From an uncultured bacterium (GTDB taxonomy: Bacteria; Desulfobacterota; Deferrimicrobia; Deferrimicrobiales; Deferrimicrobiaceae), in NCBI GenBank assembly GCA_963764045.1, contig CAVXQW010000011.1, forward strand, positions 74,203-138,202: a stretch of 64,000 nucleotides of DNA. The letters run 5' to 3'. The position numbers were made by a program, and so were the translations under genes. Positions within the stretch are counted from its first letter, which is position 1. Every line of letters starts with the position of its first letter. A model generated the notes under the pieces. That model worked only from the letters and a program-made list of their open reading frames with translations, ran no database searches and was not told the DNA's origin. Positions 1 through 10,945 of the stretch are shown here, piece by piece.

Positions 1-540
1 AGAGAGGATCCCCCTCCCCGGCTCCGCTGGGCCGACGACGACCGCACCCGCGCCGTCCCCGAAGATCACCGCCACGTCCCGCCCCTTCGTGCTGAAGTCC
101 AGCCCGGTGCTGTGCACCTCGGCGCCGATCACCAGGACGTGGTCGTGGAACCGGCCCTTGACGTACGCCTCCGCCACGGAGAGACCGTAGATGAAGCCGG
201 TGCACTGATCGCGCACGTCGAGGGCGCCAACGGTCCGCATCCCGAGCTGCTCCTGGACCAGGACGCCGTTGCCGGGAAACACGTGATCCGGCGAGAGGGT
301 GGCGAAGACGATCAGGTCGACGTCGTTCACCGTGATGCCGGCGTTCGCGATCGCCTTGCGCGCGGCTTCGGCGCCGAGGTGTGACGAGCCCGTCCCCGGA
401 TCGACGTACCTGCGCTCCCGGATCCCGGTGCGCTGGACGATCCACTCGTCGGACGTGTCCATCAGGCGCGTCAGTTCCTCGTTCTTCACTATGCGCGGCG
501 GAAGCGCCCGCCCCGTGCCGATGATCCGCGCCCCGCGCAT
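1..540 (-). CDS. fabH: 3-oxoacyl-ACP synthase III (FabH), N-terminal part; 3' end runs off window start
   Basis: Manual reverse-strand translation from ATG at 540: MRGARIIGTGRALPPRIVKNEELTRLMDTSDEWIVQRTGIRERRY...DQCTGFIYGLSVAEAY... classic KAS III N-terminus with the QCTGF region. Not listed in the ORF track because it is truncated. Confidence 0.85.
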   Translation of the reverse strand, partial: MRGARIIGTGRALPPRIVKNEELTRLMDTSDEWIVQRTGIRERRYVDPGTGSSHLGAEAARKAIANAGITVNDVDLIVFATLSPDHVFPGNGVLVQEQLGMRTVGALDVRDQCTGFIYGLSVAEAYVKGRFHDHVLVIGAEVHSTGLDFSTKGRDVAVIFGDGAGAVVVGPAEPGRGILS

Positions 541-554
541 CCCCTCTCCTTCCG

Positions 555-1094
555 TCAAGAGACTAGCACGGCAGCGGCCACGACCGTGGTGTACTCATCC
601 TTGACGATGGCCGACTGCGTGATGTTGAAGGAGCGGTAGATCTTCCCGCTGATCTTCCACACCTCCCGCTTCTCGTCCCAGCTCTTGTCCTCGTCGAACT
701 CGACGCCGAGCGTCGATGCGAGCATCGCCGCCGCCAGATCCTCCGCGTAGTCCCCCGCCACCTTCTCGTTCTGCCCGAAGGCGTGGTGCTCGCTCAGGTA
801 TCCGTACACCGACCGGTCCGAGGGGAGGGCGCACCCGACGGAGGCGGCGACCAGGCGCCGCGGCTCGTCGCTGCAGCACCGGCTCATGACCACGTAAACG
901 ATCTCGCCGGGGGCGAGGAGCGCGAGTCCTTCCTCTTTCTTCACGATTCTGCACTTCGGCGGGAAGATGCTCGACACCTGGACGAGATTGAACTTCTGGA
1001 TCCCGGCGTCCCGCAGCGCGAGCTCGAACGAGGTAAGCTGCTCGCGGTGGCGGCCGACCCCCTTGGTAAAGAAGATCTTCGTGGGAACGGACAT
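555..1094 (-). CDS. pdaD: pyruvoyl-dependent arginine decarboxylase
   Basis: 179 aa, [32 protein letters not shown]... matches the PdaD family; sits directly upstream of agmatinase. Confidence 0.85.
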   Translation of the reverse strand: MSVPTKIFFTKGVGRHREQLTSFELALRDAGIQKFNLVQVSSIFPPKCRIVKKEEGLALLAPGEIVYVVMSRCCSDEPRRLVAASVGCALPSDRSVYGYLSEHHAFGQNEKVAGDYAEDLAAAMLASTLGVEFDEDKSWDEKREVWKISGKIYRSFNITQSAIVKDEYTTVVAAAVLVS

Positions 1095-1107
1095 GCGCGG
1101 GCTCTCC

Positions 1108-1998
1108 TTACTTCTCGGACTGGCGCGCGACGAGCCAGCCCATCAAGCGGTAGCAAAGGCGCGCGGCCAGGTAGTCCGGCGCCGCCATCCCCGCGATCGG
1201 GGCGAGCTCCATCACGTCGAACCCGACGATGTTCCGGTTCGAACGCATCACGTCCCGCAGGATGTCGATCCCCTCGAACCAGGAGAGCCCGCCGGGCTCG
1301 GGCGTGACGACGGCGGGCATGATCCCCGGGTCGAACACGTCGAGGTCGATGGAGATGTAGACGTTCTCCGAGAGGGAGCTGACGATCCCCTTCGTGACGT
1401 CGGCCACGTTGTCCCGGACCTCGGAGGCGTAGAACGTCTTCACCTCCTCCGACTTCTTCAGGAAGCGGTCCTCCTCCTCCGACATGCTCCGGATGCCGAC
1501 CTGGACGAGACGCGACCCCGCGTCGACGATCCGCCGGCCGACGCACGCGTGGTTGTGCGGCGTTCCGAGATACGTGTCCCGAAGGTCCGTGTGGGCGTCG
1601 AATTGCAGCACGGTCAGGTCTCCGTACCGCTTCCGAAGCGCGACCACCGCCCCCACCGTTCCGGAATGCTCCCCGCCGAGCAGGACCGGGAACTTGCCCG
1701 CCCGCACCGTGGCCTTGACCCGCCGCTCCACTTCCCTCAGGGCCGTGACCGGCTTCGTCAGGGAGGTCGGGACCTCCGTGGAGACGAAGATCCCGGACCG
1801 GTACGGCTCGATCTTGTTCTCCTCGTCGAACAGCTCCATGTGGGAGGAAGCGTCGAGGATGGCGCGCGGACCGTTCCGCGTTCCCGTCATGTACGTCGTG
1901 GTCATGTCGACCGGGAACGGGATCACGACGAAGGTCGCTGCCTTCCACGACGCGTACCTGCCGGATATCCCACCGAACGTGACGGAATATGGGATCAC
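1108..1998 (-). CDS. speB: agmatinase (ureohydrolase family)
   Basis: 296 aa with arginase-fold metal-binding motifs ([19 protein letters not shown]). Paired with pdaD to give an arginine to putrescine route. Confidence 0.9.
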   Translation of the reverse strand: MIPYSVTFGGISGRYASWKAATFVVIPFPVDMTTTYMTGTRNGPRAILDASSHMELFDEENKIEPYRSGIFVSTEVPTSLTKPVTALREVERRVKATVRAGKFPVLLGGEHSGTVGAVVALRKRYGDLTVLQFDAHTDLRDTYLGTPHNHACVGRRIVDAGSRLVQVGIRSMSEEEDRFLKKSEEVKTFYASEVRDNVADVTKGIVSSLSENVYISIDLDVFDPGIMPAVVTPEPGGLSWFEGIDILRDVMRSNRNIVGFDVMELAPIAGMAAPDYLAARLCYRLMGWLVARQSEK

Positions 1999-2049
1999 GG
2001 TGAAGACCTCCTGTGAAACGGTTGGGGTTAGGCGGCCGTCCGGCAGATT

Positions 2050-3813
2050 CTAACCCGGCGGTGTTCCCCCGCACAATACCGGCTCCCCGGCCGGTCTCGC
2101 ATCCTTCAGCAGAAGCTGCAACGAACGCGTGCCGCGGTAGACGTTTTCCTGGACGGCGAAGAGCAGGTCCGAGCGGCCCGACGCAGAGACGGGGATCTCC
2201 GTCCGGCGGAACGCCACACCGGAAAGACGCCGCCCGTCCTCTTCCACTGTGAAACGGAGGTGGCGTCCCCCCGACCCGATGCGGGAGATCGCCGGGACGC
2301 GAACATTCGACAGAAGGAAGAGCGGCTCCTCGTTCCCGACGCCGAAAGGGCGGAGGCGGTCAAGATCGGACAGAAGGTCCGGGGTGATCCCGGCGACGCG
2401 CAGTTCCGCGTCGATCCACCGGCGTCGGACGAAGGGGGTCTCCCGCGCGTGCCGGTCGGCGATCCCCAGAAGGCCATCGCGAAAGGCGTCGAGGTGCTCG
2501 AGGGAGAGGGCGAGGCCGGCCGCCTGCGCGTGTCCGCCGTACCGCGTGAGCAGATGGGAAAGGCTGGACAGGGCCGACACGATGTGGAACCCCTCGACAC
2601 TGCGGCACGACCCCTTGGCCGTGCCGTCCTCCTCCTGGAGCAGCACGACCGGACGGCCGTACTGCTCGAGGACCTTCGAGGCGACGATCCCGAGCACCCC
2701 GGCGTTCCAGGCCGGGTTCGACAGCACGATCGCCGGGGGGATCTCCCCGGCCGCCGCGAGGGCGGCGTCCACGGCGACGACGATCCGCTCCTCCTCCCGC
2801 TGCCGCAGCGCGTTGTCCTCGTTCAGTTCCCGGGCAAGGCGCACGGCATCGTCCCGGGATTCCGACACGAGGATCCGGGAGCTGCGCGTCGCGTCTCCCA
2901 CCCTGCCCGCGGCGTTCAGGCGCGGCCCGACCCGGAATCCGAGATCCATCTCCGTCGCCGCAGCGTGGGGTACGCCCGACGCCTCGAACAGCGCCTCGAT
3001 CCCGGGACGGGGCGACTTGCGGATCTCCCTGAGCCCCTCCCGGACAAGGAGCCGGTTTCCTCCCCGGAGGGCCGCCATGTCGGCGACCGTGCCCAAGGCA
3101 ACCAGGTCGAGGTAGGGACGCAGCGGCGGCTCCGGCAGGAACCCGAATCCCGCGATCTCCCGCACCGCCTTGCGCAGGGCGCACACGAGCAGGAAGGCGA
3201 CCCCCACGCCTGCCATCTCCTTCCCGGGGAACGCACAATCGGGCTGCATCGGGTTCACGATGGCGAACGCCTCCGGGACGGTTTCGCCCGGGAGGTGATG
3301 GTCCGTCACGATCACCTCGATCCCCTCTCGTGCCGCCTCCCTCACCGCCGTGACGTCGGAGATCCCGCAGTCGACGGTAACGACGAGGCGATACCCTTCC
3401 CGGGCGGCGGGGGCAAGCACATGCGTCTGCAGGCCATAGCCGTCCTTGTGGCGGTCGTTCTGCTGGATCCGGACGGGGAGATCGGGGAAGATCCGCTTCA
3501 GGAACAGGTAGAGGCAGGCGGCGCCGGTGGCGCCGTCGGCGTCGTAGTCGGCGTAGATGAGCAACGGTTCCCCGCGAGACCCGGCGTCCGCCAGGCGTCG
3601 CGCCGCCTTGTCGACATCTTTAAGGAGGGAAGGGTCGGGGAGATCGGAGAGTGTCCCGCCGAGGAAGCGTTCGACGTCACGCGGTTCCAGGATCCCGCGG
3701 TTGACGATCACCTTCGATGCCGGGAGGGACAGGCCGTGGCGGGTCGACAGTTCCCGGACGACAGCCGGATCGGGCGAGCGGAGGATCCACTCCCGCGGAA
3801 TCGCCCCTTTCAA
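2050..3813 (-). CDS. recJ: single-stranded-DNA-specific exonuclease RecJ
   Basis: 587 aa with DHH/DHHA1 motifs (DYDADGATGAA, VTDHH, GGHAQAAG). Confidence 0.9.
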   Translation of the reverse strand: MKGAIPREWILRSPDPAVVRELSTRHGLSLPASKVIVNRGILEPRDVERFLGGTLSDLPDPSLLKDVDKAARRLADAGSRGEPLLIYADYDADGATGAACLYLFLKRIFPDLPVRIQQNDRHKDGYGLQTHVLAPAAREGYRLVVTVDCGISDVTAVREAAREGIEVIVTDHHLPGETVPEAFAIVNPMQPDCAFPGKEMAGVGVAFLLVCALRKAVREIAGFGFLPEPPLRPYLDLVALGTVADMAALRGGNRLLVREGLREIRKSPRPGIEALFEASGVPHAAATEMDLGFRVGPRLNAAGRVGDATRSSRILVSESRDDAVRLARELNEDNALRQREEERIVVAVDAALAAAGEIPPAIVLSNPAWNAGVLGIVASKVLEQYGRPVVLLQEEDGTAKGSCRSVEGFHIVSALSSLSHLLTRYGGHAQAAGLALSLEHLDAFRDGLLGIADRHARETPFVRRRWIDAELRVAGITPDLLSDLDRLRPFGVGNEEPLFLLSNVRVPAISRIGSGGRHLRFTVEEDGRRLSGVAFRRTEIPVSASGRSDLLFAVQENVYRGTRSLQLLLKDARPAGEPVLCGGTPPG

Positions 3814-3826
3814 GCACCCGCCCCGA

Positions 3827-4751
3827 TCACCTCTTCACTTCGGTCATCTTCTCGCCACGCCAGAGGGCGACGACCGGGCTCGCGACAAAGACCGAGGAGT
3901 AGGTCCCGACCACGATCCCCATCGTAAGGGCCAGCGCGAAGTCGCGCAGGACGCTCCCGCCAAAGACAAGCAGCGACACGGTCGCGAGAAAGGTGGTCAG
4001 CGAGGTGATGATGGTCCGGCTGAGGACCTCGTTCACGCTGAGGTTGATCGTCTCGGAGAAGGTCTTCATCTTCCGGAGACGGATGTTCTCCCGGATCCGG
4101 TCGAAGACGACGACCGTGTCCGTCAGCGAGTACCCGCCGATCGTCAGCAGCGCGGTGATGAAGAGCAGGTCCATCTCGATCCCCAGGGCCCAGAAGATCC
4201 CGACGATGGCGAAGACATCGTGGAAGGTGGCGATCGCCGCCGCGACGCCGAACTTGAACTCGAACCGCCATGCAAGGTAGATGATGATCGCCAACGCCGA
4301 AATCGAGCAGCGCCAGCGCGGCGTCCTGGCGCAACTTGTGACCGATGGCCGGTCCGATCTCCGAAACGCTTTCCACGACGAACGGGTTGGCCGTGAGGGA
4401 TGTCCGCAAGAGATTCAGCACAGGCTCGGCGACCATCTTCTCTTCCTGGGTGCTATGAGCGCCCAGTTTGAGCATGAGGATGTTCTCTCCCGAAACCTCC
4501 TGCAAGGACGCCTCGCCGTGTCCGGCTTTCGTGAGCAGGGAACGGATCTCGTTCATGGAGAACGGCTTCTGGAATTTCAACTGGATCGACGTCCCGCCCG
4601 CGAGATCGATCCCCAGATTGGCCTTCCCGCGGTAGATCTGTACGGTCCCGACGATTCCGAGGAGTACGAGAATCGAGGAAAACGCGAAGGCGTATTTCTT
4701 CAGACCCATGAAGTCGATCTTGGTGTTCTTTACCAGCTCGATCATCGTCAA
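3827..4751 (-). CDS. secF: protein translocase subunit SecF, split by an apparent 1-nt frameshift near 4295-4310
   Basis: N-terminus (MTMIELVKNTKIDFMGLKKYAFAFSSILVLLG...IGPAIGHKLRQDAALALL) lies in ORF 3810..4751. C-terminus (IIIYLAWRFEFKFGVAAAIATFHDVFAIVG...) lies in ORF 3827..4294 in another frame. Reverse translation across 4290-4310 shows a single-base offset. Confidence 0.8.
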
Positions 4752-4766
4752 TCGTCCCCGTATCCT

Positions 4767-6363
4767 TTAAATGCTCAACGCCCGCATCGGCTTTTTGGCG
4801 TTGAGGAAGTCGAACACGACCTTTGTGCACACAAGCGCGGTAAAGAGGTTGATCGCCACACCCATGGAGAGCGTCACGGCAAACCCCTTGATCGGCCCGG
4901 TGCCGAACTGGAAGAGGATCAGGGCCGTGATCAGCGTGGTCACGTGGGAATCCACCACCGTCCAGAACGCCTTGTCGTACCCGGCGTCGATCGCCGCCCG
5001 GACGGACTTTTTCGCACGGATCTCCTCGCGGATACGTTCGAAGATCAGGACGTTCGAGTCGACCGCCATCCCGATTGCCAGGATGATCCCCGCGATCCCG
5101 GGCAGGGTGAGGGTCGCCGAGAAGGCGGCCATCCCCGACAGGAGGAAGAGCATGTTGAAGACAAGGGCGAAGTCCGCCACCATCCCTGCAAACCGGTAGT
5201 AGAACGCCATGAAGGCAACCACCAGCAGGGCACCGATCAGCGCCGCCCGTACTCCCTTGTGGATCGAGTCGAGGCCGAGGGAGGGCCCGATGGAGACGTT
5301 CTGGATCACCTTGACCGGCGCCGGCAACGAGCCGGCCCGCAGGACGATCGCGAGGTCGGACGCCTCCTCCGGAGTGAAGTTTCCGGTGATCTGCGCCTCG
5401 CCGCCCGAAATCCGTTCCTGGATGACCGGCGCGGAGTAGACCGAGTCGTCAAGGACGATCGCCAGGCGGCGCTTGACGTTCTCGGCGGTCACCCGGTCGA
5501 AGATCTTGGCCCCCCGGGTATCGAAGGATAGGGATACGTGCGCACCCCCCCCCTGGTTGCTGAAGTTCACCTTCGCCGTCTTGATCGTGTCGCCGGTGAG
5601 CAGCGCCCGCTTCTTTACGAGGATCGGTGTCTTCGTCACCCTGCCGGTCTGCGCGTCGACCGACCTTCTGATAGAGCAACTGATCATCCTCGGGGACGTT
5701 CCCCTTGAGGGCCTCTTCCAGGCTCGCGCCCTCGTCCACCAGCTTGAACTCGAGCAAGGCCGTCTTGCCGACAAGCTCGATCGCCCGCTGCTGGTCCTTG
5801 ACGCCCGGAAGCTGTACGACGATCCGGTCGTCCCCCTCCGCGACGATCTGGGGTTCCCGGACGCCGAACTGGTCGATCCGGTTCCGGATCGTCTCCACCC
5901 CCTGCACCACCGCATTCGTCCGGATCGCCTGGATTTCCGCAGGCTTCATCCGTGCGATCACCGTCGCTCCGTCGGCCTTCACTTCGCCCAGGCTCACGTC
6001 GAGAGAGGGGAGCTCCTCCTTGAGCGTAGCCTGCGCGCGGGTTGCAAAATCGCCCGGGGGGAATCGAAGAGAGAACCCGCCATCCCCCGCCTTTTGGACG
6101 GAGAGTACCGGCAGCGCCTTCTCGCGACAGATGGCGCGGGCGTCGTCCGCGTAGCGCATGGAAGTGTTCTCGATCGCCTTGTTGATATCGACGGCCAGGC
6201 GCAGGAACACGCCCCCCTGGAGGTCGAGTCCGAGGTTGATCTTCGGGACCCTGTCTTTCCAACCCGCAGGAACCCGGTCGGTCAGCGAAGGGACGAGTAT
6301 GATGATGGAGATCACCGCGAGGACGGCGATCAGCGTGATCCTTCCGGTGATGCTCTTCCACAT
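4767..6363 (-). CDS. secD: protein translocase subunit SecD, split by an apparent 1-nt frameshift near 5650-5665
   Basis: N-terminus in ORF 5449..6363 runs to ...[11 protein letters not shown]-terminus ([30 protein letters not shown]... membrane domain) lies in ORF 4767..5915. The junction was read manually. Confidence 0.8.
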
Positions 6364-6397
6364 GTTCCGCTGGTGCTCCTTTCCGTAATCCTGTTCT

Positions 6398-6745
6398 TCA
6401 GGCGGGCTTCTGCGCCTCGGGGGCAGCCGCGTCCTGGCTCGAGCCGGAGACGGCGCTGCGGGTGACCTTCACGCGGACCTTGTCGGCGATCTCGAGGGTA
6501 ATGGTCGTCTCCGTCAACCCCTTCACCTCACCGTGAATCCCCCCGGCGGCCACCACCCGGTCGCCCACCTTGAGGTTCTTGATGAATTCGCGCTGCTTGC
6601 TCGCCTGTTTCTGCTGCGGACGGATCAGCAGGAAGTAGAAGATGACGAACATGAGCAGGATCGGGAGAAGCCCCATAAGGCCGCCGCCTCCTGCCCCGCC
6701 TCCCGGGGATCCGCCCATCGCGTACGCCACGCCGGTCGTGAACAT
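6398..6745 (-). CDS. yajC: preprotein translocase subunit YajC
   Basis: 115 aa, single TM segment, then ...FIKNLKVGDRVVAAGGIHGEVKG... Confidence 0.85.
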   Translation of the reverse strand: MFTTGVAYAMGGSPGGGAGGGGLMGLLPILLMFVIFYFLLIRPQQKQASKQREFIKNLKVGDRVVAAGGIHGEVKGLTETTITLEIADKVRVKVTRSAVSGSSQDAAAPEAQKPA

Positions 6746-6767
6746 AAGGTATTCCCCTCCTTGGCCG

Positions 6768-7877
6768 TTACTCGTTTTCAGAAACGACTGATTCTTTCAC
6801 AAGTTCCCCGAAATTTCCATGGAAAATCGCCTCCCGCGCCCTCCGCATCATTCCCGCGTAGAAATGGAGGTTGTGCACGGTCATCGCCATCGACCCCAAC
6901 ATCTCCCGCTGGAGATAGAGATGGCGCAGATACGCGCGGGAGAAACCGCGGCACGTTGGACAGTCGCACCGTTCGTCCGGTGGAAGGGAGTCATCCGCGT
7001 ATCGGGCCTGCTTGATCGAGACCGGTCCCGCGGACGTGAACATCATCCCGTTTCGCGCGTTGCGCGTCGGCAGGACGCAGTCGAACATGTCCACCCCCCG
7101 CGCGATCGCGAAGAGGATGTCCGCGGGCGTTCCCACCCCCATCAGGTAGCGCGGCATGGAAGCCGGAAGCATCGGCGCCGTCCCGGCCACGGTCTCGCGT
7201 TGGAGCTCCTTCCCCTCTCCGACGCTCACCCCCCCGATGGCGAAACCCTGAAACGGGAGCGCGCAGATCTCCTCGACGCTGCGCCGCCGCAGGTCCGGGA
7301 ACATCCCCCCCTGGACGATCCCGAACATGCCGCCGCCCCCGGAACTCCGCGCCGCGAGAGAGCGGGTCGCCCACAACGTCGTTCGCCGCACCGCCTCCTC
7401 GACCTCTTCCCGGCCCGCCGGGTATTCGACGCACTCGTCCAGCGCCATCCGCACGTCCGCCCCGAGCGCCTCCTGCACCGCCACCGCGAGCTCGGGGGTA
7501 AGGGTGTGCGCCGATCCGTCGAGGTGGGATCGAAATGTCACCGCCTCGTCGGACACCTTCCGCAAAGCGCTGAGGGAGAAGACCTGGAAACCCCCGCTGT
7601 CGGTCAGGATCAGGCGGTCCCATCCCATGAACCGGTGGAGGCCTCCCTGGGCCCGGATCCGCTCGTGGCCGGGGCGCAGGTACAGATGATACGTGTTGCC
7701 GAGGATGCAGCCGTATCCCATCTTCCGCAGCTGGTCCGGCCAGACCCCCTTGACCGTTGCTGACGTTCCCACGGGCATGAACGCCGGAGTGTGCAGGGCG
7801 CCCCGATCGGTCAAGATCGTACCCGCCCGCGCCGCGGTGCCGCCGTCCAGTGCCTCGACCGTGAACCGGAGCGTCAA
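6768..7877 (-). CDS. tgt: queuine tRNA-ribosyltransferase
   Basis: 369 aa with TIM-barrel Tgt motifs (LILTDSGGFQV, CDCPTCRGFSRAYLRHL zinc site). Confidence 0.9.
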   Translation of the reverse strand: MTLRFTVEALDGGTAARAGTILTDRGALHTPAFMPVGTSATVKGVWPDQLRKMGYGCILGNTYHLYLRPGHERIRAQGGLHRFMGWDRLILTDSGGFQVFSLSALRKVSDEAVTFRSHLDGSAHTLTPELAVAVQEALGADVRMALDECVEYPAGREEVEEAVRRTTLWATRSLAARSSGGGGMFGIVQGGMFPDLRRRSVEEICALPFQGFAIGGVSVGEGKELQRETVAGTAPMLPASMPRYLMGVGTPADILFAIARGVDMFDCVLPTRNARNGMMFTSAGPVSIKQARYADDSLPPDERCDCPTCRGFSRAYLRHLYLQREMLGSMAMTVHNLHFYAGMMRRAREAIFHGNFGELVKESVVSENE

Positions 7878-7887
7878 AAGTCCCTCC

Positions 7888-8947
7888 TCAAGAGATGAAC
7901 ATCGCGTCGCCGTAGCTGTAAAAACGGTATTCCCGCGCCACCGCTTCCCGGTACGCCGCCCGCACCGCGTCGACGCCGGCGAACGCCATCACCAGGGCGA
8001 GGAGACTCGACCGCGGAAGGTGAAAGTTCGTCACGAGAGCGTCGACGGCACGGAACCGGTAGCCGGGGAAGATGAACTTCCTCGTCGTTCCCCCCGACGG
8101 TTCCAACGTACCGTCCTCCGCCGCGCACGTCTCCAGCGTCCGCACGCTGGTGGTGCCTACCGCGACCACGCGTCCGCCGCGATTGCGCGCCGCGTTGATC
8201 TCCGCCGCCGTCTCCGGCGGCAACCGGTACCGTTCCGGGTGGATCACGTACCGCTCGACCTCCTCCGTGCGTATCGGGGAGAAGGTGCCGTACCCGACCG
8301 ACAGGGTCAACCGCGCGACGCCGACTCCCGCCGTCGCGAGCTCCCCCAGGAGATCCTCGTCGAAATGAAGCCCCGCGGTCGGCGCCGCCACCGAGCCGGG
8401 GTTCCTCGCGTACACCGTCTGGTACCGGACCGCGTCCTCCTTCGCTGCGGGATCACCGGGGCGACGCAGGATGTACGGAGGCAGCGGCACCTCCCCCGCA
8501 CGCTCCAGCGCTTTCGCGACGGGGAGGCTCCCCCCCGACAGGAGCACCTCCCAGCGTCCCTCGGCGAGCCTGCGCGCGAGACGAACCCGCAGAACGCCTC
8601 CGACCTCGAACTCCTCCCCTTCCTTCAACCGTTTCGAGGGCCGGGCGAGCGCCTCCCAACGTTCCTCCCCGGCGGCTCCGGCCTCCGGCAGTGGCGAAAG
8701 GAGAAAAACCTCGACGGCACCACCCGTCGCTCGCACCGCGCGAAGCCGCCCGTGGAGAACCTTCGTATCGTTGACGACCAGGAGGTCCCCGCGACGAAGG
8801 AGGAACGGCAACTCCGAAAATACGCGGTGGCCGATCTCCCCGGTCGCGCGGGACAATGTCATCAGACGGGCATCGCGTCGACGGGGAGCCGGATGCTGCG
8901 CGACGAGGTGCTCCGGCAGCTCGTACTCCAGCAGGTCGGTCTTCAGG
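7888..8947 (-). CDS. queA: S-adenosylmethionine:tRNA ribosyltransferase-isomerase QueA (start codon uncertain)
   Basis: The C-terminal ~350 aa of ORF 7888..9426 match QueA (LKTDLLEYELPEHLVAQHPAPRRRDARLMTLSR...VGTTSVRTLE...). The upstream 160 aa are GC-rich nonsense. No ATG/GTG/TTG in frame near the conserved N-terminus; the codon before KTD is CTG, overlapping the SpoIID stop (CTGA). Confidence 0.8.
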
Positions 8948-10175
8948 GCTTCTCTCCGGTAATTTCGGTCCCGGGATAGTACCGGGCAAGGATTTCGCGA
9001 AATCCCGCCCCGCGCCGGGCCATGCCGTTCGCCCCGAACTGGCACATCCCCACCCCGTGCCCCCACCCTTCCCCCGTGAACCGCCACCCGCCGGCGACGG
9101 GGACGATCTCCATCTTCAGGCTGCGGACTTTCGCATATCCCGCCGCCTTTCTGAACTCCGCGGCCTGCAGCTCCCGGGAGACGCCGCCGGAGGAGATCCG
9201 GACGCGGCTTGCCCGCCCCGTCGGGGTGCGGCCCGTCACGGCGATCCGAAGATCCTTCCCGGGCGGGACACCGAGCGTCTTCGCCACGCGGCGCCCCTCC
9301 GCTTCGGACATCCGGTACTCCCACCGGTAAACCGGGCTGTCGGCGCAATCGTCGCAGAACTGGGACCGCAGGTACGGGATGTCCTTCCCCCAGACGGATA
9401 CAGCGTCTTCGGTCCGCCCCCCGCACGTGGAGTGGTACACCGTCAGCGCGAGCTCGCCCCGGTATCGAACCACCAGCCCCCGTGTGCGGTCGGCCGCCTC
9501 CCGGAAGACCGCGGCGACCCCTCCTGTTCCGTCGAACACCTGGTCTTCCACGCTGTCCACAACGTCATAAGCGGGATCACGCGGCTTCGCGGCCGCCCCG
9601 ACGGCGTACGTCCGAACGGCCACCGCCAGCGCAGCGAGCGCCTCCGGGTAGAACCGCGGCGGGGCCTCCCGACTGAGCACGACGGCGACGTATGCCTCCA
9701 ACGGCACCACGGCGACGACAAGCAGCTCCCCTTTCCGCGCAAGGAGGCGGACCCGGCCGGCCACCTCCCGGTTTCCGACGCGCAGATCCGGCGTCCCGGC
9801 AGCATCCAGGGTGTCGCCAAGGAGCCTCGTCCCGTTCCATCGGATCCGTTCACCGACCGGGGCGAGGGTGACTCGGCCCGCCGCTTCGGCGACCAGCCTC
9901 CCGTCGACGCCCCACGCCCGGATCGTATCCCCTTCGAGGACGACTTCCGGCGACCCTCTCGACAGCAGCACACGGATGAACCGGGGCCCTGTCGCTTCGA
10001 AGGGAGATGCTGCGACGGCACCGGAACGGGGGGCGATCCCCGGCTGCGTCGGCGGGGGGCCGGTGGAAGACCGCGACGCGGGAGGAGCCTCCCGCTGCGC
10101 CGTCTCCCGCGGAGGCGCTCCAGCGCAGCCTGCAAGGAGGAGGATCCCAGCCGCGAAAAGAGGGAGGAGCTTCAT
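8943..10175 (-). CDS. SpoIID/LytB-domain lipoprotein (cell-wall amidase enhancer/lytic transglycosylase-like)
   Basis: The real start is [19 protein letters not shown] (lipobox LAGC) at 10173-10175. SpoIID motifs are present (YHSTCGGRTE, GHGVGMCQFGA). The 219-aa N-terminal extension in the ORF track is spurious. Confidence 0.75.
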   Translation of the reverse strand: MKLLPLFAAGILLLAGCAGAPPRETAQREAPPASRSSTGPPPTQPGIAPRSGAVAASPFEATGPRFIRVLLSRGSPEVVLEGDTIRAWGVDGRLVAEAAGRVTLAPVGERIRWNGTRLLGDTLDAAGTPDLRVGNREVAGRVRLLARKGELLVVAVVPLEAYVAVVLSREAPPRFYPEALAALAVAVRTYAVGAAAKPRDPAYDVVDSVEDQVFDGTGGVAAVFREAADRTRGLVVRYRGELALTVYHSTCGGRTEDAVSVWGKDIPYLRSQFCDDCADSPVYRWEYRMSEAEGRRVAKTLGVPPGKDLRIAVTGRTPTGRASRVRISSGGVSRELQAAEFRKAAGYAKVRSLKMEIVPVAGGWRFTGEGWGHGVGMCQFGANGMARRGAGFREILARYYPGTEITGEKP

Positions 10176-10945
10176 TACTCCTTCGGGGGCGCCGGGGTCA
10201 CCATTTTCGCCATCTGCATGAACGGCGTGAGCAGGTCGATCGGCACGGGGAAGATGGTCGTCGAGTTGTTCTCCGCCGCCACTTCCCGCAGCGTCTGGAG
10301 GTAGCGCAGCTGCAGGGCGATCGGGTTCTCGCCGATGATCTTCGCCGCATCGGAGAGTTTCTGCGCCGCCTGGAACTCGCCCTCGGCGCCGATGACCTTG
10401 GCGCGCCGCTCGCGCTCGGCCTCGGCCTGCTTGGCGATCGCCCTCTGCATCTCCTGCGGCAGGTCGATGTTCTTGATCTCGACCTTCGCGACCTTGACCC
10501 CCCACGGCTCCGTGTCCTTGTCGAGGATCTCCTGGATGTGCGTGTTGATCTTCTCCCGGGACGCGAGGAGCTCGTCGAGTTCGGCCTGGCCGCAGACGGA
10601 CCGCAGGGTCGTCTGGGAGAGCTGGGACGTCGCGTAGAGGTAGTTCTCCACGCCGACGATCGCGTGGTTCGGGTCGATGACGCGGAAATACAGGACCGCG
10701 CTCACCTTGATGGTGACGTTGTCCCGCGTGATGACGTCCTGCGCGGGGACGTCCATCGCCACGACGCGCAGGTCCACCCGGACCATCTTGTCGATGGCGG
10801 GGATGAGCAGGATGAGGCCGGGACCTTTGCACCCGATCACGCGCCCGAGCCGGAAGATGACCCCCCGCTCATACTCGTTCAGGATCTTGACGGCGCTGGA
10901 CAGGAAGAGCAGGACCAGTACCAGTACGGCTGCATAAGTGACCAT
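10175..10945 (-). CDS. SPFH/band-7 (stomatin-like) membrane protein
   Basis: Real start is [14 protein letters not shown] (ATG 10943-10945), followed by an SPFH domain and an EA-rich coiled coil ([22 protein letters not shown]). Its TAA stop overlaps the SpoIID ATG (TAATG). Confidence 0.8.
   Translation of the reverse strand: MVTYAAVLVLVLLFLSSAVKILNEYERGVIFRLGRVIGCKGPGLILLIPAIDKMVRVDLRVVAMDVPAQDVITRDNVTIKVSAVLYFRVIDPNHAIVGVENYLYATSQLSQTTLRSVCGQAELDELLASREKINTHIQEILDKDTEPWGVKVAKVEIKNIDLPQEMQRAIAKQAEAERERRAKVIGAEGEFQAAQKLSDAAKIIGENPIALQLRYLQTLREVAAENNSTTIFPVPIDLLTPFMQMAKMVTPAPPKE

Noticed and set aside
2260-3927. 555-aa plus-strand ORF and several 100-300-aa ORFs in both strands over 2.0-3.9 kb
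   Set aside because: All overlap recJ in alternative frames. Their composition is RGPA-rich nonsense and the recJ frame carries DHH motifs.
10176-10832. 219-aa N-terminal extension of the SpoIID ORF (ATG at 10832)
   Set aside because: The extension overlaps the SPFH gene out of frame and is low-complexity. A lipoprotein signal peptide with lipobox begins at the internal ATG 10173-10175, exactly at the SPFH stop.
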